Below, piece by piece: positions 17,936 to 25,358 of a stretch of 32,000 bases of DNA. The stretch's first letter is position 1, and every line of letters begins with the position of its first letter. A model generated the notes under the pieces. That model worked only from the letters and a program-made list of their open reading frames with translations, was not told the origin of the DNA and ran no database searches. The position numbers and the translations under genes were made by a program. Source of the stretch: Nitrosarchaeum sp. (GTDB lineage Archaea > Thermoproteota > Nitrososphaeria > Nitrososphaerales > Nitrosopumilaceae); the NCBI GenBank assembly GCA_025699025.1, contig JAILWJ010000001.1:536391-568390 (forward strand), given 5' to 3'.

Positions 17936-18619
17936 TTATATCCTAATAAAGAAAAACAACACAGTTCCTGCCAGCACACCAAAGGTTATTGCTTTTAAAA
18001 CATACTCTTTCTTTTTAGCCTGCAACACATTTGAACTCTGCATAAAGTGCTTGTACTTTCTTGAAGTAATAACTAGCAAATAGGTAATAATGCCAGATAT
18101 TGCTGAGAGAAGCAACGTTTCTAGTGATATTGAATTTGACTGAATCGCAGATCCAGCAAAAACGGGCAGCATTCCCCACGAAAATACTGTTGATGCATTA
18201 TTATGAAATTTTCCTCCAAACAATTCCATATTATATGCAAAAAGAAAAAACCCCTCGGCGATCCCAATTGGAATTAATAATAGAGAATCAAGTACAGCAT
18301 AAAAAATTCCAATGCTAAATGATATCCCAAGTGCAGTCAACGCAATAATGACTAGTTTTCTTTTTGGGAGTTCGCCCCAAGGTTTTGTTTTTCCACAAAC
18401 TGCATCAAGAAGATGCGCAGACACACCCACTGCAAGAAAGTAAATTATGGCAATGGCGACGGTTCTTTCTATTGCAAACCCATCTATCAGCGAGCCCCAA
18501 ATTGCAAAACACATCACAATGCCAGTATAAGGCAAAAACAAAATCCCCACACTGGTTTTAAATTTTCTTGAACCAAACTTTGGCACAAACCATTCCCCAG
18601 TTCTGTCTTTTTGCACCAT
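17936..18619 (-). CDS. Polytopic membrane protein (hypothetical)
   Basis: 227 aa with about 6-7 hydrophobic segments. No family recognised. Confidence 0.55.
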   Translation of the reverse strand: MVQKDRTGEWFVPKFGSRKFKTSVGILFLPYTGIVMCFAIWGSLIDGFAIERTVAIAIIYFLAVGVSAHLLDAVCGKTKPWGELPKRKLVIIALTALGISFSIGIFYAVLDSLLLIPIGIAEGFFLFAYNMELFGGKFHNNASTVFSWGMLPVFAGSAIQSNSISLETLLLSAISGIITYLLVITSRKYKHFMQSSNVLQAKKKEYVLKAITFGVLAGTVLFFFIRI

Positions 18620-18686
18620 ATCAATTGGAGTTTATCGCTTATATCCTTCAGTTGTGGATTCAAAGCGGCATATTTTATAGTAAAAA

Positions 18687-19097
18687 ATGCCAACCCAAAC
18701 TATGGGCGTGTATAAAAAATTTATAAAAAAAGGCGTCAGCGAACCTTTAGAAAAAATCAGTTTTCATAAAAAGGCACCCATAAAGCGTCTATTGATGCTT
18801 GATAACAAACTAATTCCAGAATCTGATACCCACATAGCGGTTCATTTTGTAAGCGCAAATGGGAAAAAGATTTCCGAGTACAGTGAGTCGCACAAGCATG
18901 ATGCAGATGAGATTAACCTGATCTTGTCTGAAAACGGCAAATTAGCATATGAAATTCAACTTGAAGATGAAATTTACAAAGTTTCTTCGCCATCTACGGT
19001 GTTCATACCCAAAGGAGTCAGGCATCGGGCAAGAGTCTTGTCAGGTAGTGGGATCTTTGTATGCATAATTCTGTCAAGCAAGTACAAATCATCATGA
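18687..19097 (+). CDS. Cupin-fold protein (putative)
   Basis: 136 aa. The block SPSTVFIPKGVRHRARVLSGSGIFVCI resembles cupin motif 2 (P.G..H). Weak evidence. Confidence 0.45.
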   Translation: MPTQTMGVYKKFIKKGVSEPLEKISFHKKAPIKRLLMLDNKLIPESDTHIAVHFVSANGKKISEYSESHKHDADEINLILSENGKLAYEIQLEDEIYKVSSPSTVFIPKGVRHRARVLSGSGIFVCIILSSKYKSS

Positions 19098-19292
19098 AAT
19101 TAGCTTGATTGAAAACACTGTCAACTCACCCTTGTTTGAGGATAGAACTGCCAGTTTTGCCAATAACCTCCGTTTCTTCTTAATATCTCCAAACTGATGT
19201 GTTTTTTGTCTAGTTTGTCCAGAGTCACAATTGCCATAAAGCAAAGTCACCAATTAAACTACAAAAATATACTCCAATTGCCCGATTATACC

Positions 19293-19916
19293 ATGGATGA
19301 AAAAATTGCAACTGTTTTGGACAGATTGGAAAAGCAGGAAAAATACGAGCTTGATAATCATGACAAGGTCCCGCATCAAGAAAGAATGCTTGCAATTACT
19401 CCAAGCATAGGAAAGTTTTACAATATTTTACTACGTGCTGCCAAGGCAACCTCGGTATTGGAGATTGGGACATCTGTAGGATATTCTACAATTTGGTTTG
19501 CAGATGCCCTAAGAGAATCATTGAGTTCAAGCATCACGACAATCGAGGTTGATCAAAATAAAATAAAGCAGGCAAGAAAAAACTTTGCAGATTCCGGGGT
19601 GGATGATATCATAGAAATACGGCAGGGTGACGCATTGGATGTATTAAATAAGATTTATCAGGAAGCAGATCATAAATCAATTTTTGATTTTGTCTTCATT
19701 GATGCAGACAAGGAGAGATATCGAGAGTATTTTGATTTAAGTTTTAAGCTAGTTAAAGTGGGTGGAATAATCGCTGCCGATAACATTTTGAAGCCAGAAA
19801 GATTTGGAGATATGATGAGAGACTATCAGGAGCATGTCAGAAAAAATACAAAAATTCTTTCAGTAACAGTGCCAATTGATAATGGCGAAGAAATTTCATT
19901 CAAACTTGATGACTAG
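19293..19916 (+). CDS. Class I SAM-dependent O-methyltransferase (family 3, caffeoyl-CoA OMT-like)
   Basis: An ATG at 19293 is preferred over the upstream start. SAM motif VLEIGTSVGYST is present. Later blocks are ITTIEVD, FDFVFIDADKERYREYFDL and VKVGGIIAADNIL. Confidence 0.8.
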   Translation: MDEKIATVLDRLEKQEKYELDNHDKVPHQERMLAITPSIGKFYNILLRAAKATSVLEIGTSVGYSTIWFADALRESLSSSITTIEVDQNKIKQARKNFADSGVDDIIEIRQGDALDVLNKIYQEADHKSIFDFVFIDADKERYREYFDLSFKLVKVGGIIAADNILKPERFGDMMRDYQEHVRKNTKILSVTVPIDNGEEISFKLDD

Positions 19917-19924
19917 TTGCTTTG

Positions 19925-20026
19925 ATCTATTGTTTTAAAATAGTAGGCTGCCACTTATTTGTAGATGGTTTGTGTCTGATTTTCTCCATGCGTGTATGTT
20001 TTTGACACGGAAACGACATAATTCAT
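19925..20026 (-). pseudogene. Truncated homologue of the casposon Zn-ribbon basic protein (intact copy at 25050-25316)
   Basis: Minus-strand translation MNYVVSVSKTYTHGENQTQTIYK* compares with MKYVVSVSKTYTHRGNHRHKSTT in the intact gene. There is a premature stop at 19955-19957. Residual nucleotide similarity continues to about 19938. Confidence 0.7.
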
Positions 20027-20204
20027 GATACTATGCTACTGCAAACTAATAAGAACAGATTATGATGTTATTTTTTGTCTGGAAATGGCTTGCATAAAAC
20101 CACATAGATGGATCTATTGATTCAATGAGAGGTTGATAGAATACCAAAATATTGATGTGAGGAGAAGTTTATGGAGAAATTTCATGCCTGCGTAATTATT
20201 ATAT

Positions 20205-20705
20205 GTGTTTCCAGTGAAACTACTTTCTACGTTAAACAGACTCAAAAGGCACAAAATTGAGTGAGATGTTGTGGCTTTTGCTACTGACTCTGTATGCACT
20301 ACCAGAAAGGTAGCAAGTAGCTCAAATGAGCTAGGTCAGTTTAGTTTGGACAAGTCAGGAGATGACGTATTTTTCTTGCAAAACGGCATTTACCGGGTAA
20401 ACGGTAAATGGAAACAGAGAGGTTTGGGACATTTGGGAACAAAAGAGATTGAGCATCTTGATACCGTGGAAAAAGATGGAAAACTGTATTACAAGTTTAA
20501 GGTGTTACGTGCAGGGCAGTTGCGCTCTTCAATTATTCAAAATGACATTGATAATATCGGCAAGTTCTCAGAGATGACCAGACAGATTGATCTTAATGCG
20601 GATAAAAAGAGAACATGGCTGGGTCAGATCAAAACTGTCGATTGTAAAACAATAAATGATTCGATACCCATATCATTGAATCACATTAATAAAGAAAATC
20701 TCTAA
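20205..20705 (+). pseudogene. Family-B DNA polymerase fragment (C-terminal part, internally deleted, in-frame stop)
   Basis: 20265-20705 encodes VVAFATDSVCTT...GDDVFFLQNGIYRVNGKWKQRGLGHLGTKEIEHL...SLNHINKENL. By eye this is roughly 60 percent identical to residues about 449-594 of the intact PolB. 20205-20250 (VFPVKLLSTLNRLK) resembles PolB residues about 332-347. A stop lies at 20262-20264, and about 100 codons plus the whole N-terminal half are missing. Confidence 0.85.
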
Positions 20706-21022
20706 ATGATTTGTTTCTTCTTTAATTCGCTTATTACGGCTTCAGTTATTTCAGACGTCAATTGTTCAAGTTTATCTTTATATTGCATCATCACATTGTC
20801 AATTACTTCTTGGATTTTTTCTTGAGATTCTATCTTTTGTTGTGTATTTGTTTCGATGGCTCTGGCTATCGGTTCTATTTGATTTCTAACTTCTGAGAAT
20901 GCATCACGTACTGAATAATACACTTTATCAGAAACACCTCCTAGCTGCTCCTCTAAGTCTTGTTTCATTTTTTTCATTTTCTCTTCAATTTGATTAGAGA
21001 TATTTTCACCAGATGAATTCAT
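20702..21022 (-). CDS. Hypothetical coiled-coil protein (cargo of the decayed element)
   Basis: 106 aa E/K/Q-rich ORF between the PolB pseudogene and the terminal repeat. It has no counterpart in the intact element. Confidence 0.4.
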   Translation of the reverse strand: MNSSGENISNQIEEKMKKMKQDLEEQLGGVSDKVYYSVRDAFSEVRNQIEPIARAIETNTQQKIESQEKIQEVIDNVMMQYKDKLEQLTSEITEAVISELKKKQII

Positions 21023-21154
21023 CTATAAATAATTGAATTTGAACTAAATAAATATGATGATTCCAAATAAAATTACGTCAGAATTTTAGTTAGTATCACA
21101 CAGTTTTACTATTTTATGATCTTAAAGTCTTACGACAACTGTCATAATTTTATT

Positions 21155-21174
21155 CGTAAAAGGGGGGCGTTGCC
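21155..21174. repeat. Right terminal repeat of the decayed element (variant TIR with G6 tract)
   Basis: cgtaaaaggggggcgttgcc sits directly before the direct repeat. The intact right end reads cgaaatggggggattctatt. The G6 run lies 12 vs 11 nt from the shared ACTCTCTG core. Confidence 0.6.
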
Positions 21175-21195
21175 TTTTTACTCTCTGTCGATAAA
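21175..21195. repeat. Direct repeat, middle copy (target-site duplication; orphan copy of the aEF-2 3' end)
   Basis: tttttactctctgtcgataaa is identical 21/21 to 29998-30018. Its reverse complement encodes FIDRE-stop. Because of the A/T runs at the junctions, the true TSD is between about 13 and 21 bp. Confidence 0.9.
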
Positions 21196-21218
21196 AATAG
21201 AATCCCCCCATTTCGTGC
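21196..21218. repeat. Left terminal inverted repeat (perfect core)
   Basis: aatagaatccccccatttcgtgc is the exact reverse complement of 29977-29999. Imperfect similarity (blocks tgct, tttt, ggacta) continues to about 21250 vs 29945. Confidence 0.9.
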
Positions 21219-21312
21219 CTGAGTTTGTGCTAGTTTTGGTAATGGACTAGAACATAACGAAGATTATGATTTGTTGGAGAATAGTTATAACGAAATTACA
21301 AATCGATAATGT

Positions 21313-21561
21313 ATGTCTGATGATTATGACTTTCAAAAGAAATTAGCAAAGTATCAGTTAAAGGCTACTGCGATTTCGATTTTTGGAAGTACAATAATTG
21401 CATTAGGAATTGCTTTGGCTTCGATTTCTGTAACTATTGAAAATCAAGGAATGTCAATTTTAATTCTCACAATAGGAATAATGCTAATTCTATCCTCGTT
21501 ACTTATAGTTGTGATAAACTTGTGGCGAATCAGTAAACACATAGATAGAATCAACAAATGA
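21313..21561 (+). CDS. Small two-helix membrane protein, translationally coupled to cas1
   Basis: 82 aa with two hydrophobic helices. The stop overlaps the Cas1 start (ATGA at 21558-21561). Confidence 0.55.
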   Translation: MSDDYDFQKKLAKYQLKATAISIFGSTIIALGIALASISVTIENQGMSILILTIGIMLILSSLLIVVINLWRISKHIDRINK

Positions 21562-22562
21562 CCATTAAAGGAAAACAAAACCATTACAACGTAAAGTTTC
21601 TCAAAGGATACGGTCATTCAATTTCTGTAAAAGACTCCAGAATAATTCTAAAATCCAATCATGACCCATTCTCAGAGCCTGAGATTGAATCATGGTATGT
21701 CAAAAATATGCCATACGAAAAGATAATCCTTTCAGGTAAAGGCTACGTCTCAACTGAGGCATTATCAATACTATCTCAGAACAACCGTAACGTCATATTA
21801 TTAGACAATCACGGAAAACCTGTAACTTTCATGAATGGCATGATGGATTCACTCACTACAACAAAATATCGCATGGCTCAATATGATACATTTCGAGATG
21901 AATCAAAGTGTGAGTATTTGCGTCAGCAAATCATACAAAGTAAGAAAGAATCACAATTGAAACTTCTCAAATTAATTGGAAGTGATGTTACTGAACTGCC
22001 AGATTCAGAACACCTTTCTGCCAAAGTCTACTGGTCTGAATTCGCTAAATTCATTCCTGAAAAATATCAGTTCCATTCCAGAAATCAGAGTTTCATCAGA
22101 ACTAGCAAAAATAATGCAACTGATGTAATCAATGCTTTATTGAATTATGGTTATTCCGTTTTAGCTGGAGAAATCTCAAAATTTGTTTGTGGAATGGGAT
22201 TAGACCCATACTTTGGATTCATGCACAAATCTCATACGGGTTTTCAACCGTTGGTCTATGATATCATAGAGCCGTTTAGGTGGTTGGTCGATTATTCTGT
22301 GTATCAAATAGCAAACAATGGCAGTGACAGGCAGAAAATAAAACTAAAAGAGTACAGTTACACAAAAGATGGAACTGTGGTTATGGAATATTCTCTGATC
22401 AAGAGGTTTTTGGAAATGCTGGAAAGACAATTTCAAAAGGAGAGAAAATATGATTTTAGACATGGGAAGAAGACAAAGGATGGTTTGAAATCTGTACAGG
22501 AAATTACGATTGTAAAGACCATGATTCAGAATTTAGTAGAGTTTTGTCAAAAACATGTTTAG
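21558..22562 (+). CDS. cas1: Cas1-family integrase (casposase), stand-alone
   Basis: 334 aa. Cas1 signature blocks are NALLNYGYSVLAGE (E205, nt 22170), GLDPYFGFMHKS (H223, nt 22224) and PLVYDIIEPFRWLVD (D235/E238, nt 22260). These supply the conserved E-H-D metal-binding triad. The N-terminal beta-rich part (ILSGKGYVSTEALSILSQNNRNVILLDNHGKPV) fits the Cas1 N-domain. Confidence 0.9.
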   Translation: MTIKGKQNHYNVKFLKGYGHSISVKDSRIILKSNHDPFSEPEIESWYVKNMPYEKIILSGKGYVSTEALSILSQNNRNVILLDNHGKPVTFMNGMMDSLTTTKYRMAQYDTFRDESKCEYLRQQIIQSKKESQLKLLKLIGSDVTELPDSEHLSAKVYWSEFAKFIPEKYQFHSRNQSFIRTSKNNATDVINALLNYGYSVLAGEISKFVCGMGLDPYFGFMHKSHTGFQPLVYDIIEPFRWLVDYSVYQIANNGSDRQKIKLKEYSYTKDGTVVMEYSLIKRFLEMLERQFQKERKYDFRHGKKTKDGLKSVQEITIVKTMIQNLVEFCQKHV

Positions 22563-22589
22563 TACATTTCCAGTTTGATTTATAATAAT

Positions 22590-23300
22590 TCATTGCTCAA
22601 ATGACGGGATATTTTGGATGATAATTATCTCATTTGCTTTGACTATTGATTCAAGCATATCGTGTACGTCTTCAACTAGATTAAGATAATTATCCCATGT
22701 ATCAAAGGACATGTTTTTTCCATCAATAAAGTCAAACTGTTTATTTTTGTAATGTATTGTTGTGTTTCCCGGATTATCTGGAAGATATACTCCATTATTA
22801 TGAAACGAATTTCTGTAAAGTCTTAGAATATCTAACAATTTTTCATATTCATTTGAATCTAATGTGATATGTCTTGGACTTAACAACCAACTATACATAT
22901 TTTTGAAACTTCTCTTTGTATTTTCATATGCTGTATGATCCATAGATTTCACTATGGCTCTGAATGAGCTTTCTATCATTGAAAATAAAAAGAACACCAA
23001 ACTGAAACGAAGTGTTTTGTTAAAAGATTCTAATGTTTCATCAATTATGATTTTTGTTTCATTATTTGTAATGTCTCCAAATTGTTTCCACCAATCTTTT
23101 TGTTGTGCATGGTCTCTAGTTAAAACTGCACCCAATTCGGTTGAACGCAATACATTTTTGCATTTTATAAAAATTGCCAATCTTGCATCAGTTTTTTTCC
23201 AATTTGGATTTTGTTGTTGTAATGAAAAATATGTATCACAATATTTGTTTTTAATTTTTTCAAGTCTAATAGTTACAGATTTCCATTTTATGTCAGTCAT
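22590..23300 (-). CDS. Hypothetical cargo protein (possible HEPN/Abi-like helical domain)
   Basis: 236 aa. The block LLDILRLYRNSFHNNG resembles the R(N)xxxH helix of HEPN/Abi proteins, but the spacing is non-canonical. Confidence 0.5.
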   Translation of the reverse strand: MTDIKWKSVTIRLEKIKNKYCDTYFSLQQQNPNWKKTDARLAIFIKCKNVLRSTELGAVLTRDHAQQKDWWKQFGDITNNETKIIIDETLESFNKTLRFSLVFFLFSMIESSFRAIVKSMDHTAYENTKRSFKNMYSWLLSPRHITLDSNEYEKLLDILRLYRNSFHNNGVYLPDNPGNTTIHYKNKQFDFIDGKNMSFDTWDNYLNLVEDVHDMLESIVKANEIIIIQNIPSFEQ

Positions 23301-23312
23301 ACAAAAATGAAA

Positions 23313-23340
23313 ATTTATATGAACTTAAGCATATTGATTA
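23313..23340 (-). promoter_or_regulatory. Repeated promoter-like block, copy 1 (upstream of 22590-23300)
   Basis: atttatatgaacttaagcatattgatta. On the minus strand it reads ...caatatgcttaagttcatataaat, with a TATA-like box about 15-25 nt before the ATG. Confidence 0.45.
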
Positions 23341-23354
23341 GAACCGAATATGTT

Positions 23355-23699
23355 CTACTGAGGAACAAATTGGAGAAGTAAAAGATATCCTACAATCCAA
23401 CTAATACCGTAAATCAACAATCCTACTATCCAATGACCAAAAATTCGTATTGGAGCAAATATGGATACAAGAAAAGCTATTATAGATATCGCAATTAACC
23501 AGTTTCTCATCACATCACAATTGTACTGAGTTTGTTCATTATCCAATAATTCCAATTCACAGAATTCATCTAGGACAAAATTTGCAATAGCATATTGATT
23601 TGTGGGCACTTCAAATGTGGTTGAAATTCCAAATAGAATTCCTGCAATAAACCCTGCTTTAAAAACAAGAATACCTGTTGCAATTACACCTTTTGCCAT
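23355..23699 (-). CDS. Small membrane protein (cargo)
   Basis: 114 aa with 3-4 hydrophobic segments. Confidence 0.5.
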   Translation of the reverse strand: MAKGVIATGILVFKAGFIAGILFGISTTFEVPTNQYAIANFVLDEFCELELLDNEQTQYNCDVMRNWLIAISIIAFLVSIFAPIRIFGHWIVGLLIYGISWIVGYLLLLQFVPQ

Positions 23700-23707
23700 A
23701 ACATTAC

Positions 23708-23740
23708 AAATTTTTGTATGAACTTAAGCATATTGCACAT
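23708..23740 (-). promoter_or_regulatory. Repeated promoter-like block, copy 2 (upstream of 23355-23699)
   Basis: aaatttttgtatgaacttaagcatattgcacat. The core tatgaacttaagcatattg (23717-23735) is identical to 23318-23336. Confidence 0.45.
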
Positions 23741-23863
23741 CAAGATTAAATACAAATTTTGCAATCATACCCATGCTCGAAGAAGCAATCCAAGAGTTCA
23801 TGGCATTTGTAGGCAGGTTCTGTCTGGATAATCTGCCATATCTTACATGCAGTTCATAAAATT

Positions 23864-24076
23864 CTATTTTTTCTTTTTTTGAATCTTTGGTTTTGCTAAA
23901 ACCTTACCAAGAAAAAGCGATCCAAATATGATTGGAAGTATTCCAAAACCCCAAAATTCGTATGCTGTAAGTGGGTTTACATCTTCATACGAAACTAGAA
24001 TATTTGCAATTACGATTAATCCAATACACACTAAACCAAAGTTAATACAAATCGAGATAATTTTAGAGAGTTTCAT
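23864..24076 (-). CDS. Small two-helix membrane protein (cargo)
   Basis: 70 aa with two hydrophobic helices and a KPKIQKKKK tail. Confidence 0.45.
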   Translation of the reverse strand: MKLSKIISICINFGLVCIGLIVIANILVSYEDVNPLTAYEFWGFGILPIIFGSLFLGKVLAKPKIQKKKK

Positions 24077-24099
24077 TCTTACTCATTAAATAACATATA

Positions 24100-24128
24100 A
24101 AATTTGTTTATGAACTTAAACCTGTTGG
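24100..24128 (-). promoter_or_regulatory. Repeated promoter-like block, copy 3 (divergent region 24077-24162)
   Basis: aaaatttgtttatgaacttaaacctgttgg. This is a degenerate version of the same block (tatgaacttaaacctgttg). Confidence 0.4.
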
Positions 24129-24162
24129 AAAATGAAATAAATCAGTATTCAGTGGTTTGATT

Positions 24163-25053
24163 ATGAAATGGATTTTTTTGTTAATTGCATTTGGTTTTTT
24201 CAGTCCTGTATATGCAGAAGAATCTACGTTAAATGACATCCAAACACAATTAGATAATCAGATAAATCAGCAAAATCTAAAGAAATTAGAACAAAGAGTT
24301 TCAAATCTAGAAAACCAATCATCATTTGAAGACCAGTTTGTTTCAAGCGAAGAATATACTAAATTAATGAGTCGATTACATATTTTAGAAAATAATGATC
24401 AATTGAAAAATGAACTGATTTCTTTGAAAACCGTTCTTGATACAGAACTATCAGAAATGAATAGTTCAATGACAATTGCACAAAAAACTGCCACTGATTC
24501 ATTTTTGTTAGGAATTTACATTTCGATTGGGTTTGCAGGAATCGCAATAGGAGCTACAATGCTGTATTCTAGAAAAATGGAAATACAAACAGAATTGATA
24601 AAAACAGACATCAAAACACGGATTAGACCAATTTTAAGCAGAAAAGAATTAGAAAAAAAAGTTAGGAATTCAAATGAACAATTAGTAAAACATGTATTCA
24701 CTCTAACTCGACATAAAGCATTATTTCATTTTCAAAACACTGGAACATTGCCAGCCGTAAACATTTCACGAAATTATTATGCAGAGATCAGAGAAACACC
24801 ATCAGATGTAATCAAATTGAATCCTAAAGAATATGTTGATGTGATTAAAATGGCAACCTTAGCTCCAAATGAATATTATAGTACAGATGTTTTTTGGTTA
24901 GACCCATGTTTTGATAATGCCGTTGATAGAAATAATTGCTATTTTGGATTAGTTATTTGGTATCACGATTCCAAAGGGACAAGATATTATTATCATATCG
25001 AAGGATTTTTTGATCATGGGGAATTGATGATAACTCATGTTGATATGAATTAA
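24163..25053 (+). CDS. Membrane-anchored coiled-coil protein (cargo, hypothetical)
   Basis: An ATG at 24163 is preferred over the TTG at 24157. Signal/anchor MKWIFLLIAFGFFSPVYA, then a Q/N/E-rich coiled coil, a central TM (FLLGIYISIGFAGIAIGATMLY) and a C-terminal globular part. Confidence 0.55.
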   Translation: MKWIFLLIAFGFFSPVYAEESTLNDIQTQLDNQINQQNLKKLEQRVSNLENQSSFEDQFVSSEEYTKLMSRLHILENNDQLKNELISLKTVLDTELSEMNSSMTIAQKTATDSFLLGIYISIGFAGIAIGATMLYSRKMEIQTELIKTDIKTRIRPILSRKELEKKVRNSNEQLVKHVFTLTRHKALFHFQNTGTLPAVNISRNYYAEIRETPSDVIKLNPKEYVDVIKMATLAPNEYYSTDVFWLDPCFDNAVDRNNCYFGLVIWYHDSKGTRYYYHIEGFFDHGELMITHVDMN

Positions 25054-25316
25054 AATTCACAATACGGACATTCTAATTCTTCTTTACTAGATTTCACAAA
25101 TCCCAAAAACGCATTTCCACAATCAGTACAAAAATACTTTAATCGTTTTCTCTTCTGAGCCTTGTAGTACAATGCCTGCAACCAACTAACTCTCTGAGTT
25201 CTAAAATTTCCATCTTCATCATAGTAATAGATATGCCATCTCTTCTTAGTTGTTGATTTGTGCCTGTGATTTCCACGATGTGTGTAAGTTTTTGACACTG
25301 AAACAACATACTTCAT
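25050..25316 (-). CDS. Basic Zn-ribbon protein conserved in both casposon copies
   Basis: 88 aa, rich in K/R/H/Y. C-terminal CTDC ... CPYC Zn ribbon. The N-terminus and upstream region are homologous to 19938-20065. Confidence 0.6.
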   Translation of the reverse strand: MKYVVSVSKTYTHRGNHRHKSTTKKRWHIYYYDEDGNFRTQRVSWLQALYYKAQKRKRLKYFCTDCGNAFLGFVKSSKEELECPYCEF

Positions 25317-25327
25317 GATACCTCAAT

Positions 25328-25358
25328 GCTACTTCAAACTAATAAGAACAGATTATGA
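25328..25358 (-). promoter_or_regulatory. Highly conserved non-coding block upstream of the Zn-ribbon gene
   Basis: gctacttcaaactaataagaacagattatga matches 20035-20065 (gctactgcaaactaataagaacagattatga) at 30 of 31 positions. This is far above the similarity of the flanking coding DNA. On the minus strand, cttattag lies about 25-30 nt before the ATG (TATA-like). Confidence 0.45.

Larger units (their letters stand above)
19925..21174. mobile_element. Decayed second casposon copy (minimum extent); only the right part is retained
   Basis: Contains a Zn-ribbon pseudogene and a PolB pseudogene, homologous to 25050-25358 and 27846-28636 of the intact element. They lie in the same order and orientation. 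The copy ends in a related G6-containing terminal repeat that abuts the direct repeat at 21175. Confidence 0.75.

Noticed and set aside
20114-20299. 61-aa minus-strand ORF in the decayed element.
   Set aside because: It is antisense to the PolB pseudogene remnants, has no start context and has hydrophobic junk-like composition.
21040-21312. Search for a tRNA gene as integration target at the element junctions, as for many integrative elements.
   Set aside because: No cloverleaf-compatible sequence or GTTCGAATC-like T-arm was recognised at either junction or elsewhere in the window. The duplicated target is clearly the aEF-2 3' end.
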